Counted from the first letter of the stretch, positions 9,463 through 20,099 are shown. The stretch is 64,000 nt of DNA from a candidate division FCPU426 bacterium (GCA_963830915.1 CAWHOE010000047.1:1-64000), one strand, 5' to 3'. Notes: generated by a model not told the origin, from the letters alone. Program-made: numbers and translations.

Positions 9463-9963
9463 TCATTTTCGTTCAATAATCTCGAACTTATAAAACCAAG
9501 GGACAAAAATATACCAAAAAGGGAAAAAATAATATCTGATCCTGGGTAATATCCTTTTCTTTTCTTCGGTCGTCAGAACATAATCGCGCACTTCGTTTTT
9601 ACCGCACGGTAAATAAAGATGTATAACACTTCCGCCTTGGGTAATTGAGAATGTGTAGAGGCCTAACTCGTCCTCATAAGACAACGCTTCGCCGCGATCA
9701 TATGTTTCGATCTTAAAATGTTTCACCGAACGGTAAAGGTAGCTGGCCATTTGCCAAACAATCGCCAATAAAATCAGCCCGATCAGCGCAATCCCAAAAA
9801 CTTTAAGAACAATAACAAAAAGGAGGAGCATCGCTTCCCAAATAGATATTTTTTTGATATTCGAGAGTGTGGTGGCCGCGGCAGTGATCGCTAAACTAAT
9901 ATAAAAATAAGCGCCCATATTCTTCACGGAGTTATTCAATAAATTTCTAACCGTTTTTATCAA
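9463..9963 (-). CDS. Hypothetical membrane protein
   Basis: 166 aa, AT-rich, two N-terminal TM segments. Confidence 0.55.
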   Translation of the reverse strand: MIKTVRNLLNNSVKNMGAYFYISLAITAAATTLSNIKKISIWEAMLLLFVIVLKVFGIALIGLILLAIVWQMASYLYRSVKHFKIETYDRGEALSYEDELGLYTFSITQGGSVIHLYLPCGKNEVRDYVLTTEEKKRILPRIRYYFFPFWYIFVPWFYKFEIIERK

Positions 9964-10054
9964 GCCAGTGTCCCCTTCACGAGATTGCTAATGGTTTTCG
10001 TAGGCATTGGGAATCTTTAAAATGCGGGTATTTAAACGTCCGAATTCAGACCTT

Positions 10055-10456
10055 CTATTTCCCACAAGTATGACAGCTTCCCTTATGGACGCAAATGGTG
10101 CCGCTACAGAAAGAACATTTCCATCTGACCTTTTCGCTTTTAACGAAACTCTTTATCCCCGATTTCCCAATTTTCACCAGATTCAGGATCATGCTCATGT
10201 GGTATTTGGCCCTATACCTCTTGTCCAAACGGATCAGATTTTCGCAGGGGAAATCCACGCATTCATAGCAGAACCCGGACATATTATTTCTTATTGTTTT
10301 GCAGGTTTTGATCTCGCAACGAACACGAGTGATGGGTTTGTTGGCATTGGGCGCTCGACAACCAAGGCATTTGTTCTTTTCCCTAAGATAAGCCATGCAG
10401 ACACCGCAATTCATCCCGCATGGGGCGATAAGTGAATCACTTTTTATGGAGACCAT
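10055..10456 (-). CDS. Cys-rich DUF3795-like metal-binding protein
   Basis: APCGMNCGVC...CLGC...C...C...CYECVDFPC and C-terminal CxxC motifs. Confidence 0.75.
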   Translation of the reverse strand: MVSIKSDSLIAPCGMNCGVCMAYLREKNKCLGCRAPNANKPITRVRCEIKTCKTIRNNMSGFCYECVDFPCENLIRLDKRYRAKYHMSMILNLVKIGKSGIKSFVKSEKVRWKCSFCSGTICVHKGSCHTCGK

Positions 10457-10619
10457 TTTGCAACTCTGCTCCTATTCGCTCCCTATTCCGAACGACCTGT
10501 CTACCGACGCTTTAGCACAGGTGGATTTTCCAACCATCCGATTTTCAATTAAATATGGGTTTTCACAACAGCTTGGTATAAAACGGATTAAAGCTAAAAT
10601 AAATTAAGTCGCCTAAATC

Positions 10620-10940
10620 TCACATAAAGTTACTTGCATCGCCGCCTAGCGCTATGTAGAAATTCAAAGATGCTACGAGCATGATAAATCCCGTCAAAAC
10701 AGACACAATAATGCCCACTAAAATCAAAACATTTTCTCCGGAATTTGCAATCTTAATCGTGGATTTATTTAAATTATAAAACAAAATAAAATAAAGAATA
10801 TCCACAATGAATATAGTCGGAAAAATTAAGTTCGCAGACTTAAAATATTTCTCTCCGATAACTGCCGTAATCATTGCGATCAATAGAAAAATCAGCACCA
10901 ATATAAAATTTTTATAAATACTTTTCAAAAATTCCTCCAA
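10620..10940 (-). CDS. Small AT-rich membrane protein
   Basis: 106 aa, three TM segments, TTG start. Confidence 0.5.
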   Translation of the reverse strand: MEEFLKSIYKNFILVLIFLLIAMITAVIGEKYFKSANLIFPTIFIVDILYFILFYNLNKSTIKIANSGENVLILVGIIVSVLTGFIMLVASLNFYIALGGDASNFM

Positions 10941-11044
10941 AACAAGAAAAAACCGATCAACAAAATGTTAGAGCCGCCATCCTTTAACTTATTTTAAATA
11001 AGCCTTGGCTACATGGGGAAAAAGGCTCCGCATTGGACTCGAGC

Positions 11045-12151
11045 CTATCCCCTCCGACCTATCAACACCGGTCTTCGGTTGGCATATGAGATATTCAAAA
11101 GCACCCCGACCGCGGCGAAGCTAAAGACCAGGGAAGAACCTCCGTAGCTGATGAAAGGCAGGGTCAAGCCTGCCACAGGCAGGATACCGATGGTCATGCC
11201 CACGTTCACGATGACCTGGACGGCGAACATGCTGGCGATACCCAGGGCCAATAACGAACCTTCCCGGTCACGGGCCTTGCGGGCGATCTCGAAGGACTTG
11301 CGGATCATGAAGTAATAAAGACCCAGCACTAACACGCACCCCACGAAACCCCATTCCTCTCCGACGACCGAGAAAATGAAATCCGTATGATGTTCAGGGA
11401 TGAAAGACAACTGGGTTTGGCTTCCCTGCAGGTAACCCTTCCCCGCCACCCCACCCGACCCGATGGCGATCATGGATTGGATGATGTTGTAGCCGGCGCC
11501 CAGGGGGTCATCCAACGGATTAATGAAAACTTCCAACCTTTCCCTTTGGTAATCCTTCAGGAAATTCCAGATCAAGGGGCTGGAGGCGCCTGCCAGGATG
11601 AACATCCAGGCTAGCCACCGGTATTGCACCCCGCCCACATACATCAAAATGATAGAAACGGGGACCAGAAGCAGGGCCGACCCAAGGTCCGGTTGTTTCA
11701 ATATAAGGATAAGAGGAAGACCCAGCATGCCCAGCAGGAACAAGACCCTGCCGAAGAAGAACAATTCCACCGTTCGGCTTCCTATATAACGGGCCAAAAC
11801 CAGCAGAACCGACAGTTTGGCGAGTTCGGAGGGTTGGTAGGAAAGGATGCCCAGCTTGATCCACCGCCTGGCCCCGTTGGTCTGGTCACCGATGAATAAC
11901 ACGGCAAAGAGCGAGATGATGGATATCCAATAGAAGATATAGGAAGCTTCGATCCAGAACCGGTAGTCGATCTTGGAAAAGAGCCACATACCCGCCAAGG
12001 ATATGAGGAACCAGAACAACTGTTTGCGCCAAAGCCCAGCGATATCGGGGCTGTGGAAGGTGGCCGAATAGACCACGAAGATACCGATGACCGAAAGGGC
12101 CAATATCTCCGAGATCAGGAACCAGTCCATGCTTCTAAAATAAGCCTTCAA
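11045..12151 (-). CDS. rodA: Rod shape-determining protein RodA (SEDS family)
   Basis: GARRWI, QPSELAK, QPDLG, PEHHTDFIF, LPFISYGGSS; follows mrdA. Confidence 0.95.
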   Translation of the reverse strand: MKAYFRSMDWFLISEILALSVIGIFVVYSATFHSPDIAGLWRKQLFWFLISLAGMWLFSKIDYRFWIEASYIFYWISIISLFAVLFIGDQTNGARRWIKLGILSYQPSELAKLSVLLVLARYIGSRTVELFFFGRVLFLLGMLGLPLILILKQPDLGSALLLVPVSIILMYVGGVQYRWLAWMFILAGASSPLIWNFLKDYQRERLEVFINPLDDPLGAGYNIIQSMIAIGSGGVAGKGYLQGSQTQLSFIPEHHTDFIFSVVGEEWGFVGCVLVLGLYYFMIRKSFEIARKARDREGSLLALGIASMFAVQVIVNVGMTIGILPVAGLTLPFISYGGSSLVFSFAAVGVLLNISYANRRPVLIGRRG

Positions 12152-14010
12152 GGCGCCACTCCTATGACCGTTGTGGGTGTCGGAACGGGCGTACCGAAAG
12201 GAACGGGCGTTGGCACCACCCAGGGCGTCACATCCAACCCCAGGGCCTGTTCCATGAGCCGCTTGGCGATGGGGGCCGAAACGATACCACCCTCCCCGCC
12301 GTTCTCCACCATCACGATGACCGCAACCTTGGGGTCCTCCGCCGGGGCGTAGGCCGTGAACCAGGCGTGGGTGTCGCCGTGCGGATTTTCCGAGGTGCCG
12401 GTCTTTCCCGCCACCCGGATACCCTTGATGCGGGCTTTCTTGCCCGTACCCGAATCGGAGTTGACGACCTTTTCCATGGTGCTCTTGATGAAATCCAGGT
12501 AGCTCTGGGTGATATCCGCCTCCTGGAGTATTTCCGGCTGTTTGTCGAAGACCGTCCTACCCGAGACCTGGTCCAACACGCGGTAAAGCAGATGGGGCCT
12601 GAATATCTTACCATTCATGGCGATACCCGATGTCATGTCCAACATCTGCAGGGGGGTGGTGAGCAGATAACCCTGGCCGAAACTCATCTGGATGGTGTTG
12701 CCCGGGAACCAGGGCATATGCTGTGTGCTTTCTTTCCAACGGGGATTGGGGACCAACCCCGCCACTTCCGAATCCAGGTCGATCTTGGTCTTGCTTCCCA
12801 GACCCAGTTTGCGCGCCTCGTGATAGATCTTGTCGACTTTCATCAGAAGACCTAATTGGTAAAAGTAGATGTCGCAGGATTCGATGATGGCCCTTTCCAG
12901 GTTCATCCAGCCATGGCCGGAAGTGCGCCAGCAACGATAGGGCCATGTCTTGTACCAGAAGATACCCCGGCAGAGGAATACTTTGTTCACGTCCACCACC
13001 TGATCTTCCAGGGCGCCCAGGGCGGTGATGAGCTTGAAGACCGAGCCGGGTGGATACTGGCCCTGGATGGCGCGGTTTTCCAGGGGATGGTTCTTGTCCT
13101 TCATCAACTTGTTCCATTCCTTATAGGAGATGCCGCTGACGAACTCGTTGGGGTCGTAATTGGGTTTGCTGACCATAGCCAATATCTCGCCGGTCTGGGG
13201 GTTGGTGACGATGGCCGATCCGACCTGATCGCCCAACAGGTCCTCGGCCAGTTGCTGGACCTTGTAGTCGATGGAAAGCATCAGGGTCTGGCCCTGGATG
13301 GGGTTCTTGTAGTCCAGGATACGGCGCTGGACCCCGGAGGCGTCCACCTCGACCTCCACGCCACCGTTCTGGCCCCTCAGGACGCGGTCATAAGTTCGTT
13401 CCACGCCTTTTTTGCCGATCACTTCCCCGACCGAGTAACCCGTGTCCCTCAGGCGGTTCAGGTCATCCTCGCTGATCTCGCCGATATACCCGAGGATATG
13501 GGAAGCCAAATTGCCGTGGGGATAGTAGCGTTCCGGCTCCATCTGGATATAAACGCCCGGAAGGTGGACCCGGTTCTCCTCGATCTGGGCCACCATGTCG
13601 TCTTCCAAGTGGGTTTCCAACCGGATGGGCTCGAACTTCCGGCTCTTGCGGCGGCTGTCGACCAGCATTTCCAGGGCGTCCAGGGGCTCGCCCAAGATCT
13701 GGCTCAAGCGAACCAAGGTGGATTCATAGGCTTTCATTTCCGCCGGCACTAGATAGAGAGAGTAAGTGGGCACGTTGGTGGCCAGGATCTCACCGTTGCG
13801 GTCCGTAATGATGCCCCGGGGCGCTCGCTGGGGGATCAGGCGCAAGGAATTGGAATCGGACATACTGCGGTAGGTCGGATAATTGAGGATCTGGAGGTAG
13901 AAAACCCTTAGGAAGATGATGCCGAATAAAATGGTAATGAAGAGGAGGAGGGCCTCCATCTTCTTCTCAGGTGAGCCGACGAGCTTGAATTTGTTGCTTC
14001 TTAAGGCCAA
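12148..14010 (-). CDS. mrdA: Penicillin-binding protein 2
   Basis: APRGIITDRNG, YPPGSVFK (SxxK), SCD, KTGT; mre operon context. Confidence 0.95.
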   Translation of the reverse strand: MALRSNKFKLVGSPEKKMEALLLFITILFGIIFLRVFYLQILNYPTYRSMSDSNSLRLIPQRAPRGIITDRNGEILATNVPTYSLYLVPAEMKAYESTLVRLSQILGEPLDALEMLVDSRRKSRKFEPIRLETHLEDDMVAQIEENRVHLPGVYIQMEPERYYPHGNLASHILGYIGEISEDDLNRLRDTGYSVGEVIGKKGVERTYDRVLRGQNGGVEVEVDASGVQRRILDYKNPIQGQTLMLSIDYKVQQLAEDLLGDQVGSAIVTNPQTGEILAMVSKPNYDPNEFVSGISYKEWNKLMKDKNHPLENRAIQGQYPPGSVFKLITALGALEDQVVDVNKVFLCRGIFWYKTWPYRCWRTSGHGWMNLERAIIESCDIYFYQLGLLMKVDKIYHEARKLGLGSKTKIDLDSEVAGLVPNPRWKESTQHMPWFPGNTIQMSFGQGYLLTTPLQMLDMTSGIAMNGKIFRPHLLYRVLDQVSGRTVFDKQPEILQEADITQSYLDFIKSTMEKVVNSDSGTGKKARIKGIRVAGKTGTSENPHGDTHAWFTAYAPAEDPKVAVIVMVENGGEGGIVSAPIAKRLMEQALGLDVTPWVVPTPVPFGTPVPTPTTVIGVAP

Positions 14011-14026
14011 AAAGACACCCTCACTT

Positions 14027-14509
14027 TCAAGCCGTCGCCGGATCGAAACGTCTGCGCCGGAACTTCACCACGAAGAAACACACCACCACGCCTGCGGCCG
14101 TGGTCATCAGGACCGTATGGACGAGGATACCCAGGGCCTCGGAAGCGGGCGGCGCCGTGCCGTCCCATTTAAGAAGGAGCCAAATGAAAAACTGCTGGAA
14201 GAGGGACATGAGAAAGATGAGGAAGGTCTGGGTATGTATCTTTTCACGGTAGATGTGTTTCTGGGAAAGCGAGGAAAGGATGCCCATCAGGGTCTTGGCC
14301 GCGATATTGGGGCCGATCCACCCGGAGGACAACAGGTCCTGGACCGTGCCGACAGTGAACCCCCAGGCCGCGGCCTTGGGCGCGGTCGTGCGCAGGCCCG
14401 CCAGGGCCGTGAAGATCAGGGGAAGGTCGATGCCCCAGTCCGTGATGCCCGAGGTCTGCTGGACGAAGAAGATCGCCAAGAGCCACAGGAGTTCTTTAGG
14501 GATACGCAA
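14027..14509 (-). CDS. mreD: Rod shape-determining protein MreD
   Basis: 160-aa hydrophobic protein with GTVQDLLS, lying between mreC and mrdA. Confidence 0.85.
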   Translation of the reverse strand: MRIPKELLWLLAIFFVQQTSGITDWGIDLPLIFTALAGLRTTAPKAAAWGFTVGTVQDLLSSGWIGPNIAAKTLMGILSSLSQKHIYREKIHTQTFLIFLMSLFQQFFIWLLLKWDGTAPPASEALGILVHTVLMTTAAGVVVCFFVVKFRRRRFDPATA

Positions 14510-14524
14510 GGTCGTTCTCCCCGT

Positions 14525-15358
14525 TCAATCGGCGAAGATGTTGATGGAAGGCAGGACGAACACATAGTCCAGGACCCCGAAGTCGACCGAAGGCGCCACG
14601 TCGATCTGGGTGTTCAGTCCGTTGTCCGAACTGGTCCGCTTGACCACCGTGCCGAGGGGATAACCCTTGGGGAACACGCCGCCCAGCCCTGAGGAGACGA
14701 TGGTATCGCCAGGCTGGATATCCTCGTCCGCGTTGACGTAGCCGAAGCTCAGGCGGTTCTGTCCCGTGCCCAGGATGACGCCTGACACCCGGGACCTGAC
14801 ATCCAAGCCCGCCACACTGGAGCCCGTATCCGTCAATAGGAGGACGCGGGAGTTCTTGGCCGCCACGTCGATGATCCGGCCCACCACCCCTTGCTCGGTG
14901 ATGACGGGAGAGTCCACGGTCAGACCGTCCTCGGACCCGATATCGATGATGAAGCTCTTGTTCCAGGTGCTGGGATCGTGGGCGATGATGCGGGCGATCT
15001 TGGCTGAATGGGGGAGCTTGGCCTTGATCTGGAGGACTTCCCGCAACCTGGCCAACTCCACTTCCAGCGACTTGTGGTTGGAAAGTTCCAAGTGAAGGGA
15101 TTGGTTCTCCATCTGGAGGCGGTTGACCTCCTGGCGTAGATGTCCCAATTCCTGGACGGCGTTCAAGGTGTTCTCGGGGAAGGTGATGACCCAGGAAACG
15201 GATTTCTGGACCGGCATCCACACGGCCATGGAAAGGTTCTTCAGGCTCAGGTGCTGCGAATTGGGATGGGTATGGCGGTAGACCAGAACCCAGACGCAGA
15301 CCAGGAGCAGTAAAGCCAGGAAGAAGCGCGGGAAGTTTCTAAGGAAGAATTTCAGCAT
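14525..15358 (-). CDS. mreC: Rod shape-determining protein MreC
   Basis: TM plus coiled coil, IDIGSEDG, GVVGRI, SSGLGGVFPKGYPLG. Confidence 0.95.
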   Translation of the reverse strand: MLKFFLRNFPRFFLALLLLVCVWVLVYRHTHPNSQHLSLKNLSMAVWMPVQKSVSWVITFPENTLNAVQELGHLRQEVNRLQMENQSLHLELSNHKSLEVELARLREVLQIKAKLPHSAKIARIIAHDPSTWNKSFIIDIGSEDGLTVDSPVITEQGVVGRIIDVAAKNSRVLLLTDTGSSVAGLDVRSRVSGVILGTGQNRLSFGYVNADEDIQPGDTIVSSGLGGVFPKGYPLGTVVKRTSSDNGLNTQIDVAPSVDFGVLDYVFVLPSINIFAD

Positions 15359-15403
15359 GAAGCTCCAAAAGCCGGTGATCTACCCGCGGGCGAAAACCCT
15401 GGC

Positions 15404-16444
15404 TCAGATATATTCTTTTTCCAGTACCGAGATCCGCTTCAGGAAGTCCATGGACTTGTCCAGCAGGTAACCCGAACCCATGGCCACCGCGGTGGTCGGA
15501 TCGTCCGCCAGGTTGACCGGAACCCCGGTCTCGTCCCGAAGGCGCTCGTCCAGGTTCTTCAATAAGGAAGAACCGCCGGCCAGGATGATACCCCGGTCCA
15601 CGATATCCGCCGCCAGCTCGGGAGGGGTGCGTTCCAGGGTCATCTTGATGGCCTCGATGATCTGAACTAACGGCTCTTCCAGGGCGCCCCGGATCTCCTC
15701 GGAAGTCAATTCGATGGTCTTCGGCAGACCGGTCACCAGGTCCCGGCCCTTGATCTGCATGCGCAGTTCCTGTTCCAGGGGGAAAGCGGAACCGATCTGG
15801 ATCTTGATGTCCTCAGCCGTTCTCTCTCCGACCAGGATGTTGTAGGTCTTTTTCACGTAATTGATGACGGCTTCGTCCAGCTCGTCGCCCGCGGTACGGA
15901 TGGAGCGTCCATAGACCACATCGCCCAGCGAGATGACGGCTACTTCGGTGGTTCCCCCGCCGATGTCCACGATCATGTTGCCCTGGGGTTCGGCGATGGG
16001 CATGCCGGCGCCGATGGCTGCCGCCATGGGCTCCTCGACCAGGAATACTTCCCTGGCCCCCGCCTGCTCGGCGGAGTCGCGAACCGCGCGCTTCTCGACC
16101 TCGGTACAGCCCGAGGGGATGGCCACGACGATTCGGGGACGGATGAGGGAACGGCGGTTATGGACCTTGGAGATGAAGTAGCGGAGCATGCGCTCGGTGA
16201 CCTCAAAGTCGGCGATGACGCCGTCCTTCATGGGGCGGATGGCGACGATGGAACCGGGTGTGCGTCCCAGCATGAGCTTGGCGTCGTTGCCGACCGCCAG
16301 GATCTGGTTGGTGGCTTTATGAACGACGACGAGGGAAGGTTCTTGAAGGACGATGCCGCGACCCTTGACATAAACCAGCGTGGTGGCGGTACCCAGGTCG
16401 ATGGCGACATCGCTGGAGAACAAACCGAGTAGGAAATTAAGCAA
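15404..16444 (-). CDS. mreB: Rod shape-determining protein MreB
   Basis: [40 protein letters not shown] start after an AAGGAG SD. Confidence 0.98.
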   Translation of the reverse strand: MLNFLLGLFSSDVAIDLGTATTLVYVKGRGIVLQEPSLVVVHKATNQILAVGNDAKLMLGRTPGSIVAIRPMKDGVIADFEVTERMLRYFISKVHNRRSLIRPRIVVAIPSGCTEVEKRAVRDSAEQAGAREVFLVEEPMAAAIGAGMPIAEPQGNMIVDIGGGTTEVAVISLGDVVYGRSIRTAGDELDEAVINYVKKTYNILVGERTAEDIKIQIGSAFPLEQELRMQIKGRDLVTGLPKTIELTSEEIRGALEEPLVQIIEAIKMTLERTPPELAADIVDRGIILAGGSSLLKNLDERLRDETGVPVNLADDPTTAVAMGSGYLLDKSMDFLKRISVLEKEYI

Positions 16445-16663
16445 GCGAAGCTCCTTGGTTTAAGGTTCTAATCTCAGGGACCGAAGACCCTTTGTAAAGA
16501 CGTTGGGGATGTCCTTTTCGGATTCCCTCCCAAATAAAAGAACCCCGGTCTTTCAACCGAGGAACGGTAAAACCAGAAAAAAACCAGCGTTTTAGGGGGT
16601 TTAGTGTAACACAGCCCCTTGGAGAGTCCAATTATTTTTGAGTTTTGGAAGGCCCGGTCCGGG

Positions 16664-17137
16664 TTATTTCTTCACGTTTTTATCGGGTGGAGGGGTCGGC
16701 TTTGGTTCCTGACGCAAGGCCTTGGCTTTCAGGATGCGCTCGAATAAACGCAGGTACTCTTTTTTCAGGTCCGTCGCGGAAAAATTACGGAAATAATTCT
16801 CGTTATAGTCCTCACCCAGGTATTCCTTGCTTTGCCGGATGAAGGTCAGGATGGTTCCGACCGTTTCGTCAGTGGCGTTATTGGAACCAGAATCGATGGT
16901 AATGCGTTGGAGGATACCGTCCCGGTAACGGCTGATCTGGTCCTCGGTTGGATTGACGATGCCCGAGATCTTGCCCGTGAACTGCTCAATGAAGAAAAGG
17001 ACGTCGACTTCTTTTCCGAAGAGTTCCGAGACAGGGGTGGTTACTTGACTATCGGTGGGATTGGCGAATTCCAAGCCACATTCCCTGCAGAACTTGCTTT
17101 TGGGCTCGTTTTTGGTGCCGCAACGCTCACATTTCAT
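16664..17137 (-). CDS. Zinc-ribbon domain protein
   Basis: MKCERCGTKNEPKSKFCRECG N-terminus. Confidence 0.7.
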   Translation of the reverse strand: MKCERCGTKNEPKSKFCRECGLEFANPTDSQVTTPVSELFGKEVDVLFFIEQFTGKISGIVNPTEDQISRYRDGILQRITIDSGSNNATDETVGTILTFIRQSKEYLGEDYNENYFRNFSATDLKKEYLRLFERILKAKALRQEPKPTPPPDKNVKK

Positions 17138-17471
17138 GTAAACCGTTCTCCGTAAAATTAAATGCGGCTAACTATACCACGCCACAAATGCGTTTCAAGG
17201 GCTTTTAGGACGTTTTTAAACCCCACTTCCGCATAGGTAATAACGGCATTTCCAGGCATTTCTTGAGGTCTTAATTGTCAAAAAACCTTTGTCAAAAAAC
17301 GAGGCGGTCTCGAAACATCTTTAAATCGTCTAACCCACCAGCTTTAAACCTTAAAACGTTTGCAGATTTTCTAGGACATTTCTTGAACATTCCTTTAACG
17401 TTCAATTTGTTTTTTTCAAAAATATTCATTTTTAATTTGAAAGAATCGGACGTTGGATTTATTTTCCTTTC

Positions 17472-17642
17472 ATGTTTTCCCAGGAAAGAAAGAATCAGAA
17501 AGTTTCCGGTCAAGCTTCGGTTGAATATCTGCTGACACTATCGGTTGTTTTGGTCGGAATGCTGGGGATCGGGGCTCTATTTTCGGATCAAGTGAATCGC
17601 TATCTTTCAATGCTGTTCAATTTGGTCCTGAAGCCCTTTTAA
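17472..17642 (+). CDS. 56-aa class III signal-peptide pilin (Flp-like), absent from the ORF track
   Basis: Manual translation: MFSQERKNQKVSG|QASVEYLLTLSVVLVGMLGIGALFSDQVNRYLSMLFNLVLKPF*. Confidence 0.8.
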   Translation: MFSQERKNQKVSGQASVEYLLTLSVVLVGMLGIGALFSDQVNRYLSMLFNLVLKPF

Positions 17643-17663
17643 TATTTAAAGGAGTCATTGAAT

Positions 17664-17864
17664 ATGAAAAAGCTAAATCAAAAAGCGCAAAGTATGACCG
17701 AATACATCCTGATCGTTGCCTTGATCGCCGTTGCGGCCATCGCGGCGGTCAAGATCTTTGGAGGTTCCATTCAATCAGGTTTTGGCGGAGCCGCCGCCGC
17801 GGTCGGCAGTAACGCCGGGACCGCGAATGGCGCGGGAGTCGTGGGTAACGCGCTCGGTCATTAA
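17664..17864 (+). CDS. flp: Flp family type IVb/IVc major pilin
   Basis: MKKLNQKA|QSMTEYILIVALIAVAAIAAVKIFG; strong AAAGGAG SD. Confidence 0.88.
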   Translation: MKKLNQKAQSMTEYILIVALIAVAAIAAVKIFGGSIQSGFGGAAAAVGSNAGTANGAGVVGNALGH

Positions 17865-17869
17865 AAAAG

Positions 17870-18418
17870 TTGCGAACCCTAAATCATCGGGGGCAGTCAG
17901 CGGTTGAATTCATTTTGACCGCCCCTGTTTTATTCTTATTCTTTTTCGGGATCATCCAATTAGCCTATACCGCTTATGTTTCATTCGCGGTGCAAAGGGC
18001 GGCTTATTCCATCGCTCGGGAAGCTTCCTCTTCCGGATCACCGGAAAATTACGATCCCTATTTCCAACTCTTTTATTGTCTTTACCCCATCGGTCAACTT
18101 CATCACGCCACATTGGGCACTCTTCTAGCGACCACCTGTTCCATCACATCCGATGATGATGGCGTCCATGTCAGGATCGTTTATCCCATGCCCATCTGGG
18201 TTCCGATGGTCGGAAAGATCTTTGGTGAAAAACTCCAACTATCCGCCTCGGACCTAGGGCCTTTAACGAATGATCTTCAACAAGTTTCACAGATCTTAGG
18301 GACACCGCTGCCGGACCTATCTTTCACTGGAGCGGCGTTGCCTTATGTCCATCTGATGACTTTCACCGCCGATGGTTTCGATGAAAATACGGCGGTTAGT
18401 CAGGACTCGACCCCATGA
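17870..18418 (+). CDS. TadE-family minor pilin
   Basis: RG|QSAVEFILTAPVLFLFFFGIIQL...AAYSIARE. Confidence 0.85.
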   Translation: MRTLNHRGQSAVEFILTAPVLFLFFFGIIQLAYTAYVSFAVQRAAYSIAREASSSGSPENYDPYFQLFYCLYPIGQLHHATLGTLLATTCSITSDDDGVHVRIVYPMPIWVPMVGKIFGEKLQLSASDLGPLTNDLQQVSQILGTPLPDLSFTGAALPYVHLMTFTADGFDENTAVSQDSTP

Positions 18419-19590
18419 ATCGGATCAGATATTGGACCCAAAAACCCTCCGGTCAAGTTTTGTTGGCGACACTGCTTTTTTGCTTCATATTTCTCGCCCT
18501 ATTCGTCGGTTTATATAAATCGGGACTGCTCTATACCGCCAAGGAAAAAGCCTCCAGAGCCACCGACCTGACGGCTTTATCGGCCGGGGCGGTCTACGCC
18601 AACGGCATGCAATTGGTCCGATTGACGAACGCCATTCTCATGGGTTTCGCGGTGGTGGATATTGTGGTCATGGAAGCGGAACTGGATATAACTGGCGGGA
18701 TATCCCTCGGCATGATCGAAAGCGCCGACCCCCATACCCGAAAATTCATACAAGAAGCCCAGAAAATACTATTTGGGGTTACCTATCCCAGCGGTGCCTA
18801 TCCTTTCCTTATATTCAACGAGACTTTATCCCTGGCTTCCGATAATCAACTCAAGGATTCATGGCCCGGGATCGGTAGTTTTTCCTTTAATGTGCCTTCC
18901 CTCCCTTCCCCCATCCTTCTTTTCAACCTGGAAGGGTCCAGCCCGGAAACCTCGATCCTTCCCAATATGGCCTTGAAATTCCGCACCCTCAACTTGCTCC
19001 TTCCCGCCATGAGCAAGAAAAACAAAGGGCAAAATAGTTACCGTTTAACAAAAAAAGATACTGGAGAGGAAATTATCTTCCAGCAGCATGAAGTTGAGCC
19101 CGTCCCGAACGCTGTCAACCCCGGACAAATGCGGGTCAAGAAAGGTCTGGATGAGCAATTCAAATTTGTATCGGTCATCAAGGAAGGCGAAGCGGAGGCC
19201 GAAAAGGAAGCCAGTCAAAGGATAAAAAAAGAAGCCACCTCAAAAATGAAATCCCTATTCGGGATCACCAATATGCTCAACCGTATCGAAATGGATGTCA
19301 TGGACAGGGACGATCCTCCCGACCATACGGTCATTGTTTACTCGAACTTCCCCACCGATATCAAAAACCCGAACGGGTCGAACGCGGAAGTGCAATCCTT
19401 GAGCGAAGTTTCGGTCGAGGGGCCGGGTCTGGCCGGTTGGGACCTGTTCAAACCGCCTTATCAGCCCCGATTGCTACCCAAGGACCCGACCCAGATCGCA
19501 AAGCTCTTGGATATCCAGGGCCGGATCCAGGAATGGGTCACCCATGGGTCTTTGCCGAAGATCAACGATATTTTCAAGGTTGGCTCATGA
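18415..19590 (+). CDS. TadG-like pilus assembly/tip protein
   Basis: SG|QVLL hydrophobic N-terminus followed by ATDLTALSAGA (TadG-like DxAALAxA), inside the Tad cluster. Confidence 0.65.
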   Translation: MNRIRYWTQKPSGQVLLATLLFCFIFLALFVGLYKSGLLYTAKEKASRATDLTALSAGAVYANGMQLVRLTNAILMGFAVVDIVVMEAELDITGGISLGMIESADPHTRKFIQEAQKILFGVTYPSGAYPFLIFNETLSLASDNQLKDSWPGIGSFSFNVPSLPSPILLFNLEGSSPETSILPNMALKFRTLNLLLPAMSKKNKGQNSYRLTKKDTGEEIIFQQHEVEPVPNAVNPGQMRVKKGLDEQFKFVSVIKEGEAEAEKEASQRIKKEATSKMKSLFGITNMLNRIEMDVMDRDDPPDHTVIVYSNFPTDIKNPNGSNAEVQSLSEVSVEGPGLAGWDLFKPPYQPRLLPKDPTQIAKLLDIQGRIQEWVTHGSLPKINDIFKVGS

Positions 19591-20099
19591 GAATAAACAA
19601 GCCTTTTTCCTTAAACACCCGTGGACAATCTATGATCGAAATGCTGATCGTTATCCCCATCCTTTGCATGATGGCCGCCGGGGTCGCGCAATTCGCCATC
19701 CTATTCCAGGCCCAAAGCTCTTTTGAGCACGCTTGCGGATTGGCCGCCCGCTATTACGCCGCCGGGGAGCTTGACCCTAACGGATTCGCCGAGGAGGTTT
19801 GGGATGACTTGGGATCGGATCAGAAATATTTCACTCCCGGTTCCATCCTGGCCGTCCCCATCCCCACCCAATCGATCGCCAGTTCGGGATGGCTGGACCG
19901 CTTAAATCTTTTGGGGCCGTTGGTTTCCAAGATCAAGCAATTCACGGTCAATTACACCGGGCAAAAGTGGTTCGTCACGATCCATTACCATTCAGCGCCT
20001 TTTTTCGGCCTGCTTTTCCCTGGCGGTCTGGTTTTGAAAACCCAGTTGGCGGTACTGAAATATCCCGACCAACCGGTCAACGGGGTGGGCGGGCCATGA
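19587..20099 (+). CDS. TadE-family minor pilin
   Basis: Start reassigned to MRINKPFSLNTRG|QSMIEMLIVIP...ACGLAARY (ATGA overlap). Confidence 0.85.
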   Translation: MRINKPFSLNTRGQSMIEMLIVIPILCMMAAGVAQFAILFQAQSSFEHACGLAARYYAAGELDPNGFAEEVWDDLGSDQKYFTPGSILAVPIPTQSIASSGWLDRLNLLGPLVSKIKQFTVNYTGQKWFVTIHYHSAPFFGLLFPGGLVLKTQLAVLKYPDQPVNGVGGP

